From the NCBI GenBank assembly GCA_963666985.2, contig CAXXIA010000002.1, positions 2,240,001 to 2,304,000 of the forward strand: 64,000 nucleotides of DNA, in the 5' to 3' direction. The translations under genes were made by a program, and so were the position numbers. Below, piece after piece: positions 51,213-61,297 of this stretch. Position 1 is the first letter of the stretch. Each line of letters starts with the position of its first letter. Under the pieces are notes generated by a model, which saw nothing but the letters and a program-made list of their open reading frames with translations, did no database searches and was not told the origin of the DNA. This stretch comes from Spirochaetia bacterium (GTDB taxonomy: Bacteria; Spirochaetota; Spirochaetia; DSM-2461).

Positions 51213-52376
51213 ATGAGAGAAGCAGTTATCGTATCCGCCGTCAGGACTCCTGTCGGCCGTGTGGGAGGCGCCCTTGCCTCCGTACCCGCCCAAGATCTCG
51301 GTGCCCTTGTGGTGAAAGAGGCCGTTAAGAGGGCTTCCATCGATCCGAAAGAGATTGACGAGGTGATTTTCAGTAACCTGATGAACACCGACGTGAACAA
51401 TATGGGCCGAATGGTGGCCCTGGGCGCCGGGCTCCCGCTGGAAGTTCCCGGTATCTCCATCGACCGTCAATGCGGCGCTTCCCTTACGGGATTCGCCCAT
51501 GCCGCCATGTCGATTCAGGCCGGTTTCGCCGATATCGTGGTGGCCGGCGGCGTGGAAAGCGATTCCCGACGGAATTACGTTATGGACAAGCCGGAGAAGG
51601 CCTACCAGGTTATGCCGCCGCAATGGTCGACCCTCCGGGTCTGTCCTCCCGAATACGGTCATGATTCCATGGTGGAAACGGCCGAGAATATTGCCCGTCA
51701 GTACGGCATTTCCCGGGAAGAATGCGACGAGTTCGCGGTTTTGAGTCATCAGAAAGCCGCCAAAGCATGGGAAGAAGGGCGTTTCGACGACCAGATCATT
51801 CCCGTCGAGGTGAAAACCCGGAAGGGGATCATTACCGTGGACAGGGATGAGATTGTTCGTCCGGAAACCAGCATGGAAACTCTCGGCCGACTCCGCCCGG
51901 TTATGGGCGAAGGCGTTGTAACGGCCGGAAACAGTTCCCCCATGAGCGACGGCGCCGGTGCGGTGGTTATTGTGGAGAAACAGAAGGCCAAGGATATGGG
52001 GCTGGAAATTCTCGGAACCTTTAAAACGTATGCCGCCGCGGGTGTTGAGCCCCGCATTATGGGAACGGGACCCATCGCCGCCACACGGAGGCTGATGCGG
52101 AAATTCGGCATGACTCTGAAGGATTTCGATCTTATCGAAATGAACGAAGCGTTCGCTTCCCAGTCTCTGGCCTGTATCCGTGAACTGGATATGGGCTATG
52201 ACAATTTGAACGTCAACGGCGGCGCCATTTCCCTGGGGCACCCTCTGGCCGGTACCGGCGCCATTCTTCTTACGAAGATGGTGTACGAACTGGAGCGGCG
52301 GAATCTGAGCACCGGTTTGATTACGTTCTGCTGCGGCGGCGGCCAGGGCGTTTCGGTGGGAATCGAACGCGAGTAG
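51213..52376 (+). CDS. Thiolase (acetyl-CoA acyltransferase)
   Basis: RQCGAS, NEAFA, GHPLAGTG, CCGGG. Confidence 0.9.
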   Translation: MREAVIVSAVRTPVGRVGGALASVPAQDLGALVVKEAVKRASIDPKEIDEVIFSNLMNTDVNNMGRMVALGAGLPLEVPGISIDRQCGASLTGFAHAAMSIQAGFADIVVAGGVESDSRRNYVMDKPEKAYQVMPPQWSTLRVCPPEYGHDSMVETAENIARQYGISREECDEFAVLSHQKAAKAWEEGRFDDQIIPVEVKTRKGIITVDRDEIVRPETSMETLGRLRPVMGEGVVTAGNSSPMSDGAGAVVIVEKQKAKDMGLEILGTFKTYAAAGVEPRIMGTGPIAATRRLMRKFGMTLKDFDLIEMNEAFASQSLACIRELDMGYDNLNVNGGAISLGHPLAGTGAILLTKMVYELERRNLSTGLITFCCGGGQGVSVGIERE

Positions 52377-52386
52377 GGCGGTCGGC

Positions 52387-53295
52387 GTGGTCTATAAGAA
52401 TTTTAAGCAGCTGATCGATACCAACATATCGAAAGCCTCGGCAAAGACGGTCGCCGTAGTATGCGCCGAAGATGATCATTCGGTCGGCGCCGCGATGGAA
52501 GCGGGACGTGAGGGAATAATCCGTCCGCTTCTTATTGCCGGAGAAGAGAAAATTAAACCGCTTCTGGAAACCTATGGTGATTATTGTGATTATGAGCTTC
52601 TTCCGGTTTCCAATCAGGAAGAGGCTGTACAAACCATGGTTGAAGTGGTGAACAGCGGAAAAGCCGACGCCATTATGAAGGGGCTGATTCAAACGGCGGA
52701 CTTCATGAAAGCGGTTGTTTCCAAAGAAAACAACTTGCGAACCGGTCAGCTGATTTCCCACATGGTTGTTATTGAACTGCCCACGTATCACAAGCTTCTC
52801 TGTGTAACCGATCCGGCCATGATGACCTATCCCGATGTCGATCAGAAAAAGCAGATTATCCTTAATGCCGTTGATATGCTTACCCGCATAGGTTTCGACA
52901 CACCCAAAGTCGCGGCGCTGGCTGCCGTTGATTTCATTAATCCCAAGATGCCCGAATCGGTCGATGCCGGTTTGCTGAAAGAGATGTATGAGAGGGGTGA
53001 AATCCCCGGATGTATTCTGGAAGGTCCGATTTCCTACGATTTGGCCGTTCATAAGGAATCGGCGGAGATTAAAGGGTACGATAGTCCGGTTGCCGGTGAC
53101 GCCGATATTCTTCTTGCCCCGAATATTACGGTCGGGAATGTCTTGATTAAAAGTCTGGCGTTTTCGGCGCAAGGGATTCCGGCAAGTATTGTTACCGGCG
53201 CAAAAGTCCCGATTGTATTAACGTCACGAGCGTCCAGCCAGATGGAAAAGTTTCATTCACTTGTTTTAGCCGCATCCCTGAAAGGAGATCACTGA
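52387..53295 (+). CDS. ptb: Phosphate butyryltransferase-like acyltransferase
   Basis: IMKGLIQT, EGPIS.DLA, GNVLIKS, LTSRA. Confidence 0.85.
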   Translation: MVYKNFKQLIDTNISKASAKTVAVVCAEDDHSVGAAMEAGREGIIRPLLIAGEEKIKPLLETYGDYCDYELLPVSNQEEAVQTMVEVVNSGKADAIMKGLIQTADFMKAVVSKENNLRTGQLISHMVVIELPTYHKLLCVTDPAMMTYPDVDQKKQIILNAVDMLTRIGFDTPKVAALAAVDFINPKMPESVDAGLLKEMYERGEIPGCILEGPISYDLAVHKESAEIKGYDSPVAGDADILLAPNITVGNVLIKSLAFSAQGIPASIVTGAKVPIVLTSRASSQMEKFHSLVLAASLKGDH

Positions 53296-54425
53296 TGTCT
53301 TCGATGAAGATTCTGGTGGTAAACCCCGGCTCAACCAGTACGAAAATCGCGGTTTTCGAAGGGGAAGAGAAGGTTTTCGCGGTTGACGTAATCCATGATG
53401 CCGAGACGCTGCAAACCTTTTCCGGGATTCTGGACCAGCTGGAATACCGCAAGGGTATGATTATTGAGAGGCTCAAGGAAGAAGGTTACGCCATCGAGGA
53501 TTTCGATGCCTTTTCCGGCCGCGGCGGCGGGTTGGAGCCCTGTGCGGGCGGTACTTACGGAGTAACTCCCCGGGTTGTCGCCTCCGCCAGGAAGAATGCT
53601 TTTCATCCGGCGATTCTTGGTCCTGTTATCGTGGACTACTTTTCCGGAATTACCGGAAAACCGGCGTTCATCGTGAATCCGCCGGATGTTGATGAACTCC
53701 AGCCGGTGGCGCGGGTAACGGGCCTGGCCGATATCTGCCGGGAAACCCGCACGCATACCTTGAGCCACAAAGAAGTTGCGAAGCGTGTGGCCGCCCAATT
53801 GGGCCGCCGCTACGAAGAGATGAATCTCATCGTGGCCCATATCGGCGGGGGAACCTCCGTGGCGGCCCATCGGGCCGGGCGCATGGTGGATTCCGGCGAT
53901 CTTCTCGGCGGAGACTGCCCCATGGCACCCACCCGGCCGGGTAATTTATCTCCCGGTATTATGGTGGATCTGTGTTTTTCGGGAAAATACGAAAAAAACG
54001 ACATGAAAGATCTTCTTCGAAAGAATGGAGGTTTTGTCAGCCATTTCGGCACCAGCGACGTACTGGAAGTTATGAAGCTGATAGAGAACGGCGATAAACG
54101 GGCCGAACTTGTCTTCAATGGCATGATTTATCAAATAGGAAAATATATCGGCTCCATGGCCGCTGTTCTGCATGGAAAAGTGGACGCCATAGTTCTGACC
54201 GGAGGCATCGCCCGCTCCGAACGTGTCGTTGAGGGTTTGAAGTCGATGGTGGGATTCCTCGCGGACTTTTTCGTGTTCCCGGGGGAACTGGAAATGGAAG
54301 CCCTGGCCGCGGGCGCCCGCCGGGTTCTCAGCGGTGAGGAAGAAATCGCGGTATACACGGGCGAACCCGTATGGAACGGATATGAAGGATATGAAGGATA
54401 TGAAGGAGGCGAGAGTGGAGTTTGA
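53295..54425 (+). CDS. buk: Butyrate kinase-like acyl kinase
   Basis: NPGSTSTK, GRGG, AHIGGG.SV.AH, LTGGIA, PGELEM. Confidence 0.9.
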   Translation: MSSMKILVVNPGSTSTKIAVFEGEEKVFAVDVIHDAETLQTFSGILDQLEYRKGMIIERLKEEGYAIEDFDAFSGRGGGLEPCAGGTYGVTPRVVASARKNAFHPAILGPVIVDYFSGITGKPAFIVNPPDVDELQPVARVTGLADICRETRTHTLSHKEVAKRVAAQLGRRYEEMNLIVAHIGGGTSVAAHRAGRMVDSGDLLGGDCPMAPTRPGNLSPGIMVDLCFSGKYEKNDMKDLLRKNGGFVSHFGTSDVLEVMKLIENGDKRAELVFNGMIYQIGKYIGSMAAVLHGKVDAIVLTGGIARSERVVEGLKSMVGFLADFFVFPGELEMEALAAGARRVLSGEEEIAVYTGEPVWNGYEGYEGYEGGESGV

Positions 54426-55194
54426 AAATATTCTCTATTCGGAAGACGGCGGCATCGTCACGATTACGCTTAATCGTCCCAAGGCCTATAACGCGCTGAA
54501 TACTCGGCTGAACAAGGATTTGGAAGAAGCTCTGAATATAATTGAGGGTAATCCCGACGCCCGAGTGTTGATTATTCAAGGAAGCGAGAAAGTTTTTGCG
54601 GCCGGAGCCGATGTTGCGGAACTTATGGAAGCCGATCCCTGCGGAGCTTACGACAACTGCGGCTTGGCTCATCGGATTTTTCGCCGTTTGGAAAATCTGC
54701 GCATCCCTGTTATCGCCGCTATTTGCGGTCCGGCACTGGGAGGCGGATTGGAATTGGCTTTGAGCTGTGATTTTCGCATCGGCGGGGAAAACGCCGTTTT
54801 CGGACTTCCTGAAATTACCCTGGGCATTATTCCCGGTGCCGGCGGAACGCAGAGACTGGCAAAGCTGATCGGCCTTTCTCGGGCCAAGGAAATGATTTTT
54901 CTCGGGAAGAAGATTAAGTCGGATCAGGCATTGGATTACGGTCTGATAACCGGAAAAGTGCCCGACGCCGAGGTAATGGGTGCCGCCAGAGAACTGGCCG
55001 AAGAGCTCTGCAAACTTTCGGCGCCGGCATTGGCCCGGGCTAAAGAAAGCGTCAATTTCGGATTCTACAGCGGCTTGGATTCCGGTCTGGAGTTTGAAAA
55101 ACGGAATTTTTCCATGGCTTTCGCCACGGAAGATCAGAAAGAGGGAATGAAGGCGTTTTTCGAGAGAAGAAAGCCTGTCTTTACGAATAAATAG
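54415..55194 (+). CDS. Enoyl-CoA hydratase (crotonase)
   Basis: FAAGAD, GGGLELAL.CD, PE..LG..PGAGGTQRL with both catalytic Glu; GTG after GGAGG. Confidence 0.9.
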   Translation: MEFENILYSEDGGIVTITLNRPKAYNALNTRLNKDLEEALNIIEGNPDARVLIIQGSEKVFAAGADVAELMEADPCGAYDNCGLAHRIFRRLENLRIPVIAAICGPALGGGLELALSCDFRIGGENAVFGLPEITLGIIPGAGGTQRLAKLIGLSRAKEMIFLGKKIKSDQALDYGLITGKVPDAEVMGAARELAEELCKLSAPALARAKESVNFGFYSGLDSGLEFEKRNFSMAFATEDQKEGMKAFFERRKPVFTNK

Positions 55195-55210
55195 GGAAGG
55201 AGAACCTCAA

Positions 55211-56806
55211 ATGGGAATAGGAACTTACGACGAATATAAAGAGCGTCTTCTGAAAATGAAGCCCAACGTGTATCTGAACGGAGAGAAAGTCGACCGTTCA
55301 GGAGACTGGATCGACGGCGGCTGCTATGTTATGAAGCAAACTTATGATGCGGCCAACGATCCGGAATATGAAGATTTATGTACGGCCACGTCTCATCTCA
55401 CCGGGAAAAAGATCAGCCGCTGGACCCACATCCATCAGAGTCAGGACGACCTGATGAAGAAGCAGATGATGACCCGTGTTATGTGTCACCGGGTCGGCGG
55501 CTGTACCCAAAGATGTATGGGCACCGATGCCATGAACGCTTTGGCCGTTGTTACTTACGACATGGATCAGGCCTGCGGAACCAAATATCATGAACGTTTT
55601 AACAAGTATCTGGAGTACGCCCAGGAAAAAGACCTTGTAATCAACTGCGCGCAGACCGATGTTAAAGGGTCGCGAAATCCGAAGTATAAAAGAGCCCACA
55701 TGCAGCCGGATCCGGATCAGTTCCTGCATGTTGTTGAAACCAATGTTGACGGCATCGGAATCGATGGAAAACCCTGTAAGGGAATCATCGTTCGCGGCGC
55801 GAAAATCTGTAACTCCAACGCGCCTTATGTTGATGAAATTATCGCCACGCCGACCAAGTTTATGGGCCCGGGCGACGAGGCCTACGCCGTTTCCTTCGCC
55901 ATTCCCGGAGACTGGGACGGAGTTAAGCTGATGGCTCTTCCCGGAAAGCATCATGAAAGAAAGCATATCAAAGCTCCTTTCGCGGACGTCGGCGATGTTG
56001 AATCCTTAACCATTTTTGATGATACGTTTATTCCCGAAGACCGTGTGTTCATGAACGGTTTCGATCAGGAAGACGTGCTGATGTATGCCGGTTATCTTGC
56101 CCTGATGTTCGCTCACTTTCACAGACATTCTTACACCGGATGTAAAACGGCGGTTTCCGAGTGTATCGCCGCGCAGGCCGCGCTTGTCGCCGATGTGAAC
56201 GATATTGCTCAAGAGCACCATGTCAGAGAGAAAATTTCCGACATCGTCGGTACGGCCGAGCTCGTTTTCGCGGCCGGTCAGGCTTCGGCACTCAGGGCAA
56301 CAAAATTCCCCAACGGCTCGTATGTCCCCGACGAAGTTCTCACCAACGCGGGAAGGAAGCTTGCCGGTCAGAAAATTTATCATGAGTATGAAACCCTCGC
56401 CGATCTCACGGGCGGTATCTGCGCTTCGCTGCCTACCGAGGAATCGTTCTATGATCCGGAAACAGCCGACCTCTGCAACAAGTACATCATGCGGAATCCG
56501 GCCTATACCGCCGAGCAGACGCACCGGGTTATGCGGATGATGGAGAACAAACTGTGCGACGCCTTTGAAAGCGCTCAAGCCGTTGCCGGCGTTCACGGAG
56601 GCGGATCTCCCCTTATGGAAACCATCACCATGATGTCCCGCTACGATTTGGAACCGCTCAAGGATATCGCCAAGTATCTGGCCGGATTTGAAGGCTATGA
56701 AAAATGTCCCCGTTATGAGAGGGCCACGGCAACTCCGAGAGCCATGCTGGACAGATTCGCGGCGATCAAAGCTAAGAAAGCGGCCGCGGAAAAGAAAGAT
56801 AAATAG
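55211..56806 (+). CDS. 4-hydroxybutyryl-CoA dehydratase (AbfD)-like protein, copy 1
   Basis: CTQRC and HRHSYTGCK [4Fe-4S]-ligand motifs, TDVKG.R, HGGGSP. Confidence 0.85.
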   Translation: MGIGTYDEYKERLLKMKPNVYLNGEKVDRSGDWIDGGCYVMKQTYDAANDPEYEDLCTATSHLTGKKISRWTHIHQSQDDLMKKQMMTRVMCHRVGGCTQRCMGTDAMNALAVVTYDMDQACGTKYHERFNKYLEYAQEKDLVINCAQTDVKGSRNPKYKRAHMQPDPDQFLHVVETNVDGIGIDGKPCKGIIVRGAKICNSNAPYVDEIIATPTKFMGPGDEAYAVSFAIPGDWDGVKLMALPGKHHERKHIKAPFADVGDVESLTIFDDTFIPEDRVFMNGFDQEDVLMYAGYLALMFAHFHRHSYTGCKTAVSECIAAQAALVADVNDIAQEHHVREKISDIVGTAELVFAAGQASALRATKFPNGSYVPDEVLTNAGRKLAGQKIYHEYETLADLTGGICASLPTEESFYDPETADLCNKYIMRNPAYTAEQTHRVMRMMENKLCDAFESAQAVAGVHGGGSPLMETITMMSRYDLEPLKDIAKYLAGFEGYEKCPRYERATATPRAMLDRFAAIKAKKAAAEKKDK

Positions 56807-57064
56807 TCCGATGCATCAAAGCGGCAAGCCGTGCTGAGGCTTGCCGCCGTTATTGAGAAGGACGGAACCATGCTGATAAAAACGATTCTTTCTTGCGCCG
56901 ATGCCGAGGGCGGAGCTTCCGGCGGTTGGGCCTTTCCGTGACGTTTTTAATGGTTCCGAGAAAAGGCGCGGCCGAGGCTGCGGGAAAAAGGACGGCCGAA
57001 GGCGGCGCCGCCGAAGATGAAAGAAATCAGCCGGTTTGAAAGAACCGGCAGGGAAGTGATTATT

Positions 57065-58609
57065 ATGGGTATTGGAACATACGACGAATACAAGAAACGG
57101 CTTGAGGCGATGAAGCCGAACGTCTATATGGAAGGCAAAAAGCATGACCGGAAAGGCGACTATATGCGGGGCGGTCTGTATGTACTCAAGCATACCTACG
57201 ACTGCGCCAACGATCCTAAGTATGAAGATGTCTGTACGGCCACATCGCATCTTACCGGAGAAAAAATCAATCGCTTTACGCACATTCACCAATCCAAGGA
57301 AGATTTGCTGAATAAGCAGAAGATGACCCGGCTTCTTTGCCACCGTGTGGGAGGCTGCATTCAGCGCTGCATGGGCACCGATGCGCTGAACGCTCTGGCC
57401 GTCGTTACTTACGACTGCGATCAGGCAAACGGTACCGGATATTACGACAGATTTTTAAAATACCTGGAATACGTCCAGAAAAACGATATTGCCGCCAACT
57501 GCGCCCAGACCGACGTGAAAGGCATCCGCGGCGTTCGTCCGGCCGATCAGCCCGATCCCGATCAGTACCTTCGCATCGTGGAAACACGCGAGGACGGCGT
57601 GGTGGTTCGGGGAGCCAAGGTCTGTAATTCGGCCGCTCCTTACATGGACGAGATTATCGCTCTGCCCACGCGCTTTATGGGACCCGGCGAGGAGGAATAT
57701 GCTATTGCCTTCGCCCTGCCCGGCGACTGGGAAGGCATTAAGATCATGGGACTCCCGGGACTCCAGGCCAAAAGGAAGCATCTTGATGCGCCGATTGCCA
57801 ACGTCGGCGACGTGGAGTCCATGACCATCTTCGACGATGTGTTCGTTCCCAACGACCGGATTTTCCTCAACGGACTTGAGAATCCCGACAACACGCAGTA
57901 CGCCGGATACCTGGCGCTGATGTTCGCCCACTTCCACCGCCATTCCTACACCGGCTGTAAAACCGCCGTATCCGAAGTTTTGGCGGCTCAGGCCACTTTG
58001 GTTGCCGATGTGAACGGCGTTCTGAAAAAGAGTCATGTTCAGGAGAAGATTTCTCATATCATCGGAACCGCCGAATTGGTTTTTGCCGCCGGGGAAGCTT
58101 CGGCTCATCGCGCGGTCCGGTTTCCCAACGGTTCCTGGGTTCCCGATGAAATTCTTACCAACGCCGGACGCCGTTTGGCGGGACATGAAATCTACAATGA
58201 ATACTCCATCCTCGCGGATTTGGCCGGCGGAATGAGCGCTTCACTGCCTACGGAGGAATCCTACTACGATCCGGAAACGGCGGAACTGGTGGCCAAGTAC
58301 ACCAAAAGGAATCCTTCCTATTCGGCCGAGGATGCTCACCGGTGTTTCCGGATGATGGAAAACAAGCTCTGTTCGCCTTTTTCCGGCGCGGAGATGGTTG
58401 CGGGCGTTCATGGCGGCGGTTCCCCGCTGATGGAGACCATCACGATGATGGCCCGTTACGATTTGGAGCCGCTTAAGGACATTGCCAAGTATCTCGCGGG
58501 CATCAATGAAGATATCCCCCGGTATGAGCGTCCCACCATGACGCCGCGGGCCATGCTGGACAAGTTCAGGAAAGCCAAAGAAGCCGCTGATAAGAAAGGA
58601 AAGGAATAA
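57065..58609 (+). CDS. 4-hydroxybutyryl-CoA dehydratase (AbfD)-like protein, copy 2
   Basis: CIQRC, HRHSYTGCK; close paralog of copy 1. Confidence 0.85.
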   Translation: MGIGTYDEYKKRLEAMKPNVYMEGKKHDRKGDYMRGGLYVLKHTYDCANDPKYEDVCTATSHLTGEKINRFTHIHQSKEDLLNKQKMTRLLCHRVGGCIQRCMGTDALNALAVVTYDCDQANGTGYYDRFLKYLEYVQKNDIAANCAQTDVKGIRGVRPADQPDPDQYLRIVETREDGVVVRGAKVCNSAAPYMDEIIALPTRFMGPGEEEYAIAFALPGDWEGIKIMGLPGLQAKRKHLDAPIANVGDVESMTIFDDVFVPNDRIFLNGLENPDNTQYAGYLALMFAHFHRHSYTGCKTAVSEVLAAQATLVADVNGVLKKSHVQEKISHIIGTAELVFAAGEASAHRAVRFPNGSWVPDEILTNAGRRLAGHEIYNEYSILADLAGGMSASLPTEESYYDPETAELVAKYTKRNPSYSAEDAHRCFRMMENKLCSPFSGAEMVAGVHGGGSPLMETITMMARYDLEPLKDIAKYLAGINEDIPRYERPTMTPRAMLDKFRKAKEAADKKGKE

Positions 58610-58624
58610 GACGAGGATAACGTT

Positions 58625-59482
58625 ATGGAAATAAAAACGATTGGTGTATTAGGTGCCGGAGCCATGGGCGGAGGTATCGCCCATCAGGCGGCGATGTGCG
58701 GATTTAATGTCATTCTGTGCGATATCGACCAAAAATTTGTCGACGGCGCCGTTGAGCGCGCGGCAAAGCTGATGGACAGAAAGATTGAAAAAGGGAAGAT
58801 GACCGAGGACGAGAAGAAAGACGTTCTCGGCCGCATGACGACAAGCATCGATAAAAAAGATTTTGCCAAGGCCGATTTTATCATTGAGGCAATAATCGAG
58901 GATCTTGAAATTAAGCGGAGTGCGTTCAAGGAACTTGATGAAATTTGCCGGGAAGATGTGATTTTGGCGACCAATTCATCTTCCATGTCCGTAACCACCA
59001 TCGCGGCCGCGACGAAAAGAGCGGACAAAGTCATCGGAATGCATTTCTTTAATCCTCCCCAGGTTATGAAGCTTGTCGAGATTATCAAAGGATATGCCAC
59101 CAGTGACGAAACTCTGGAGAGTGTGAAAAAACTTTCCGAGGCGCTGGGGAAAGTCAGCATTGTCGCTCAGAAGGATACTCCGGGTTTTGTCGTCAACAGA
59201 TTGCTCTTCGCCCTCTTTACGGAAGCCATGAGGATGGTGGATGAAGGTGTTGCGTGTCCGGAGGATATCGATACGGGCCTGAAACTTGGCCTCGGGCATC
59301 CGATGGGTCCCTTTCAGCTTATGGATGAAATCGGCGGATTGGATTTGGCCACCTCCGTTTTGACGTATTTCTATGAAGAAACCAAAGATTCCAAGTGGGC
59401 CATCCCGCATAACATGAAGTCTCTTGTACGCGCGGGAAGATTGGGAAAGAAAACCGGCGCCGGCTGGTACGATTACAGCTGA
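58625..59482 (+). CDS. hbd: 3-hydroxyacyl-CoA dehydrogenase
   Basis: GAGAMG, ATNSS, GMHFFNP, PGFVVNR, HPMGP, G.LGKKTG.G.Y.Y. Confidence 0.9.
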   Translation: MEIKTIGVLGAGAMGGGIAHQAAMCGFNVILCDIDQKFVDGAVERAAKLMDRKIEKGKMTEDEKKDVLGRMTTSIDKKDFAKADFIIEAIIEDLEIKRSAFKELDEICREDVILATNSSSMSVTTIAAATKRADKVIGMHFFNPPQVMKLVEIIKGYATSDETLESVKKLSEALGKVSIVAQKDTPGFVVNRLLFALFTEAMRMVDEGVACPEDIDTGLKLGLGHPMGPFQLMDEIGGLDLATSVLTYFYEETKDSKWAIPHNMKSLVRAGRLGKKTGAGWYDYS

Positions 59483-59539
59483 CGTTTTTTAACTCGTCCT
59501 CTTGCCGGAGTCGTTGACTCCGGCCTTGTGGGTCTCCGT

Positions 59540-59579
59540 GCCGGCCGTGCGGCCGCGAGCCGCAGCGGCCGGTTTTTTT
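59540..59579 (+). terminator. Intrinsic terminator of the catabolic operon
   Basis: GC-rich CCGGCCG...CGGCCGG stem followed by TTTTTTT. Confidence 0.7.
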
Positions 59580-59688
59580 ATCGGACCGTTATCAGTTGAA
59601 ATCTTTACGTACCGCAAATCGGACTTTATCCTTCAAATAACGGGATAGGAGATTGCGGGAATCTGTTATTATATAAAGGGGCTCGCGT

Positions 59689-61203
59689 TTGTTTCGATTG
59701 AATGATAAGGGGAAGTGGACGAATCGATATAAAGCTCTCGGAAGCATCATCGCTGTGTTGGGGGTAGCCGGTATTGCGGGTGTTGTTACCGGAATAATCG
59801 GCCCCGGCGAAACCGGAAATGTTCCGACGGTGGTTTTCGGCGCTTTAACGGCGATTCTCGCCGCCGGCGCTTTATTGCTGCTGATTGAATATCGTAAACT
59901 CGGTTCCCGGGCCCGGGAGCTTGCCAGAAAAGTTAATCTCCACCCCGATATCTCATCCAAACAGGCTTTCTCGGATCTTGACGATGAAATCGGCCGACTC
60001 AATCTCATCGACAGGGACCATTACTTTATCCGGCTGATGAAGGATAGAAGTTCGGATCATCGTCCCATTCTCAAGGAATTGACTTTCTACGGTGTCGATT
60101 TTCCTTATGAGGGATTCATCCTTGTTTCTTTTAATGCCTGCCGCCAGCAGGCAATGAATCCTCCGCAAAACATCAGGACGCGGGATTATCTTGTTCGGGA
60201 TGTTCTTGAAAGGACGCTGCCCGAGGATTTTGTTTCGTATGTTCTGGATTTGGAAGATCTTTATATCTGTCTGTTCAACGTTCCCTATGAAGCGGAGCCC
60301 GCGGGTGTCCGAAAAATAAAGAAAGAAATGGAGGTTTATGCCCTTCGTGTCATAAAGAGGATTGATGAAAGTTTTGACCTTCACACAAGTGCTTCAGTTA
60401 GTGAGCTCCACCGGGGTTTGGAGTCACTTCCGGATGCTTTTCTTGAAGTTCAGGGATTATTTAAATACAGAAACATTACCGGCAACAACGCTTCGGTTCT
60501 GCATTATATGGCTTACTATATCAGCTTCGAGAGCTGGTATGAGTTCGGCAGCACGTATAATAAATTCGACGAAGTTCGTCAGCTGATCACCAGTATTCAG
60601 GTTGGAGACTTTGCGAATGCCAAATTGCTTATCAATGATTTATTCGAGAACGACTACTCCCGCAAATATCCTACGCTGATTCTTGCCCGCTGCAGGCTCT
60701 ACGGCGTTATCGATGCGGCCATCAATGCCATGGGACTATTGAAGGAAGAACTTGACGAGGATTTCTTAAGAGAACTGAATCCGGCAACACGGATTGTAAA
60801 CTGCAATACGTATACCGAGCTTCAGGCGGAACTTGATTCCATTTTTGACGCCATAATCGAATACTATTCCCGGAAGAAGAAGGACAGTCCCCCCGAATGG
60901 TTCGAGACCATTCAGACGTATATTGATAAACACTACAACGACATGGACATCAACGTGGCGACGATTGCGGATCATTTTAAGATCAGTTCGGCCTATTATG
61001 CCCGTGTCTTCAAGAAATACACGGGGATGTCGCCTCTGGATTATATTCATAAGCTCAGAATGCGCAGCGCGAAGCGGCTGATGGGAAAAGGCGTGAGCGT
61101 CAAAGACGCCGCCACCATCGTCGGATACGGCAGTCCCATTACGATGAGCCGTGCTTTTAAGCGTTATGAAGGCGTTACTCCGGGAAGCTACATCAAACGC
61201 TAG
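59689..61203 (+). CDS. AraC-family regulator with two N-terminal TM segments
   Basis: C-terminal double HTH (YYARVFKKYTG.SP; VGY...RAFKRYEGVTPG); TTG start uncertain. Confidence 0.85.
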   Translation: MFRLNDKGKWTNRYKALGSIIAVLGVAGIAGVVTGIIGPGETGNVPTVVFGALTAILAAGALLLLIEYRKLGSRARELARKVNLHPDISSKQAFSDLDDEIGRLNLIDRDHYFIRLMKDRSSDHRPILKELTFYGVDFPYEGFILVSFNACRQQAMNPPQNIRTRDYLVRDVLERTLPEDFVSYVLDLEDLYICLFNVPYEAEPAGVRKIKKEMEVYALRVIKRIDESFDLHTSASVSELHRGLESLPDAFLEVQGLFKYRNITGNNASVLHYMAYYISFESWYEFGSTYNKFDEVRQLITSIQVGDFANAKLLINDLFENDYSRKYPTLILARCRLYGVIDAAINAMGLLKEELDEDFLRELNPATRIVNCNTYTELQAELDSIFDAIIEYYSRKKKDSPPEWFETIQTYIDKHYNDMDINVATIADHFKISSAYYARVFKKYTGMSPLDYIHKLRMRSAKRLMGKGVSVKDAATIVGYGSPITMSRAFKRYEGVTPGSYIKR

Positions 61204-61210
61204 CCGAACG

Positions 61211-61245
61211 TATTAAACCGACCTTCCCATCTATAAAACCGACTC
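61211..61245 (+). promoter_or_regulatory. Tandem direct repeat TAT(T/A)AAACCGAC with 21-bp period; candidate AraC site
   Basis: TATTAAACCGAC at 61211 and TATAAAACCGAC at 61232, upstream of 61298. Confidence 0.55.
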
Positions 61246-61297
61246 TTAAAGAAAGATCTGTATTCCAGTAGTATTTCACTTAGATAACAGGAGTTAG

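Noticed and set aside
50355..52241. 628-aa minus-strand ORF, and similar long antisense ORFs at 39675-41192, 37770-38981, 31841-32977 and 43357-44613
   Set aside because: Shadows of well-supported genes on the opposite strand; no motifs
55211..58609. Annotation as 4-hydroxyphenylacetate 3-monooxygenase (HpaB)
   Set aside because: Fe-S ligand motifs and the acyl-CoA context indicate AbfD-type dehydratases
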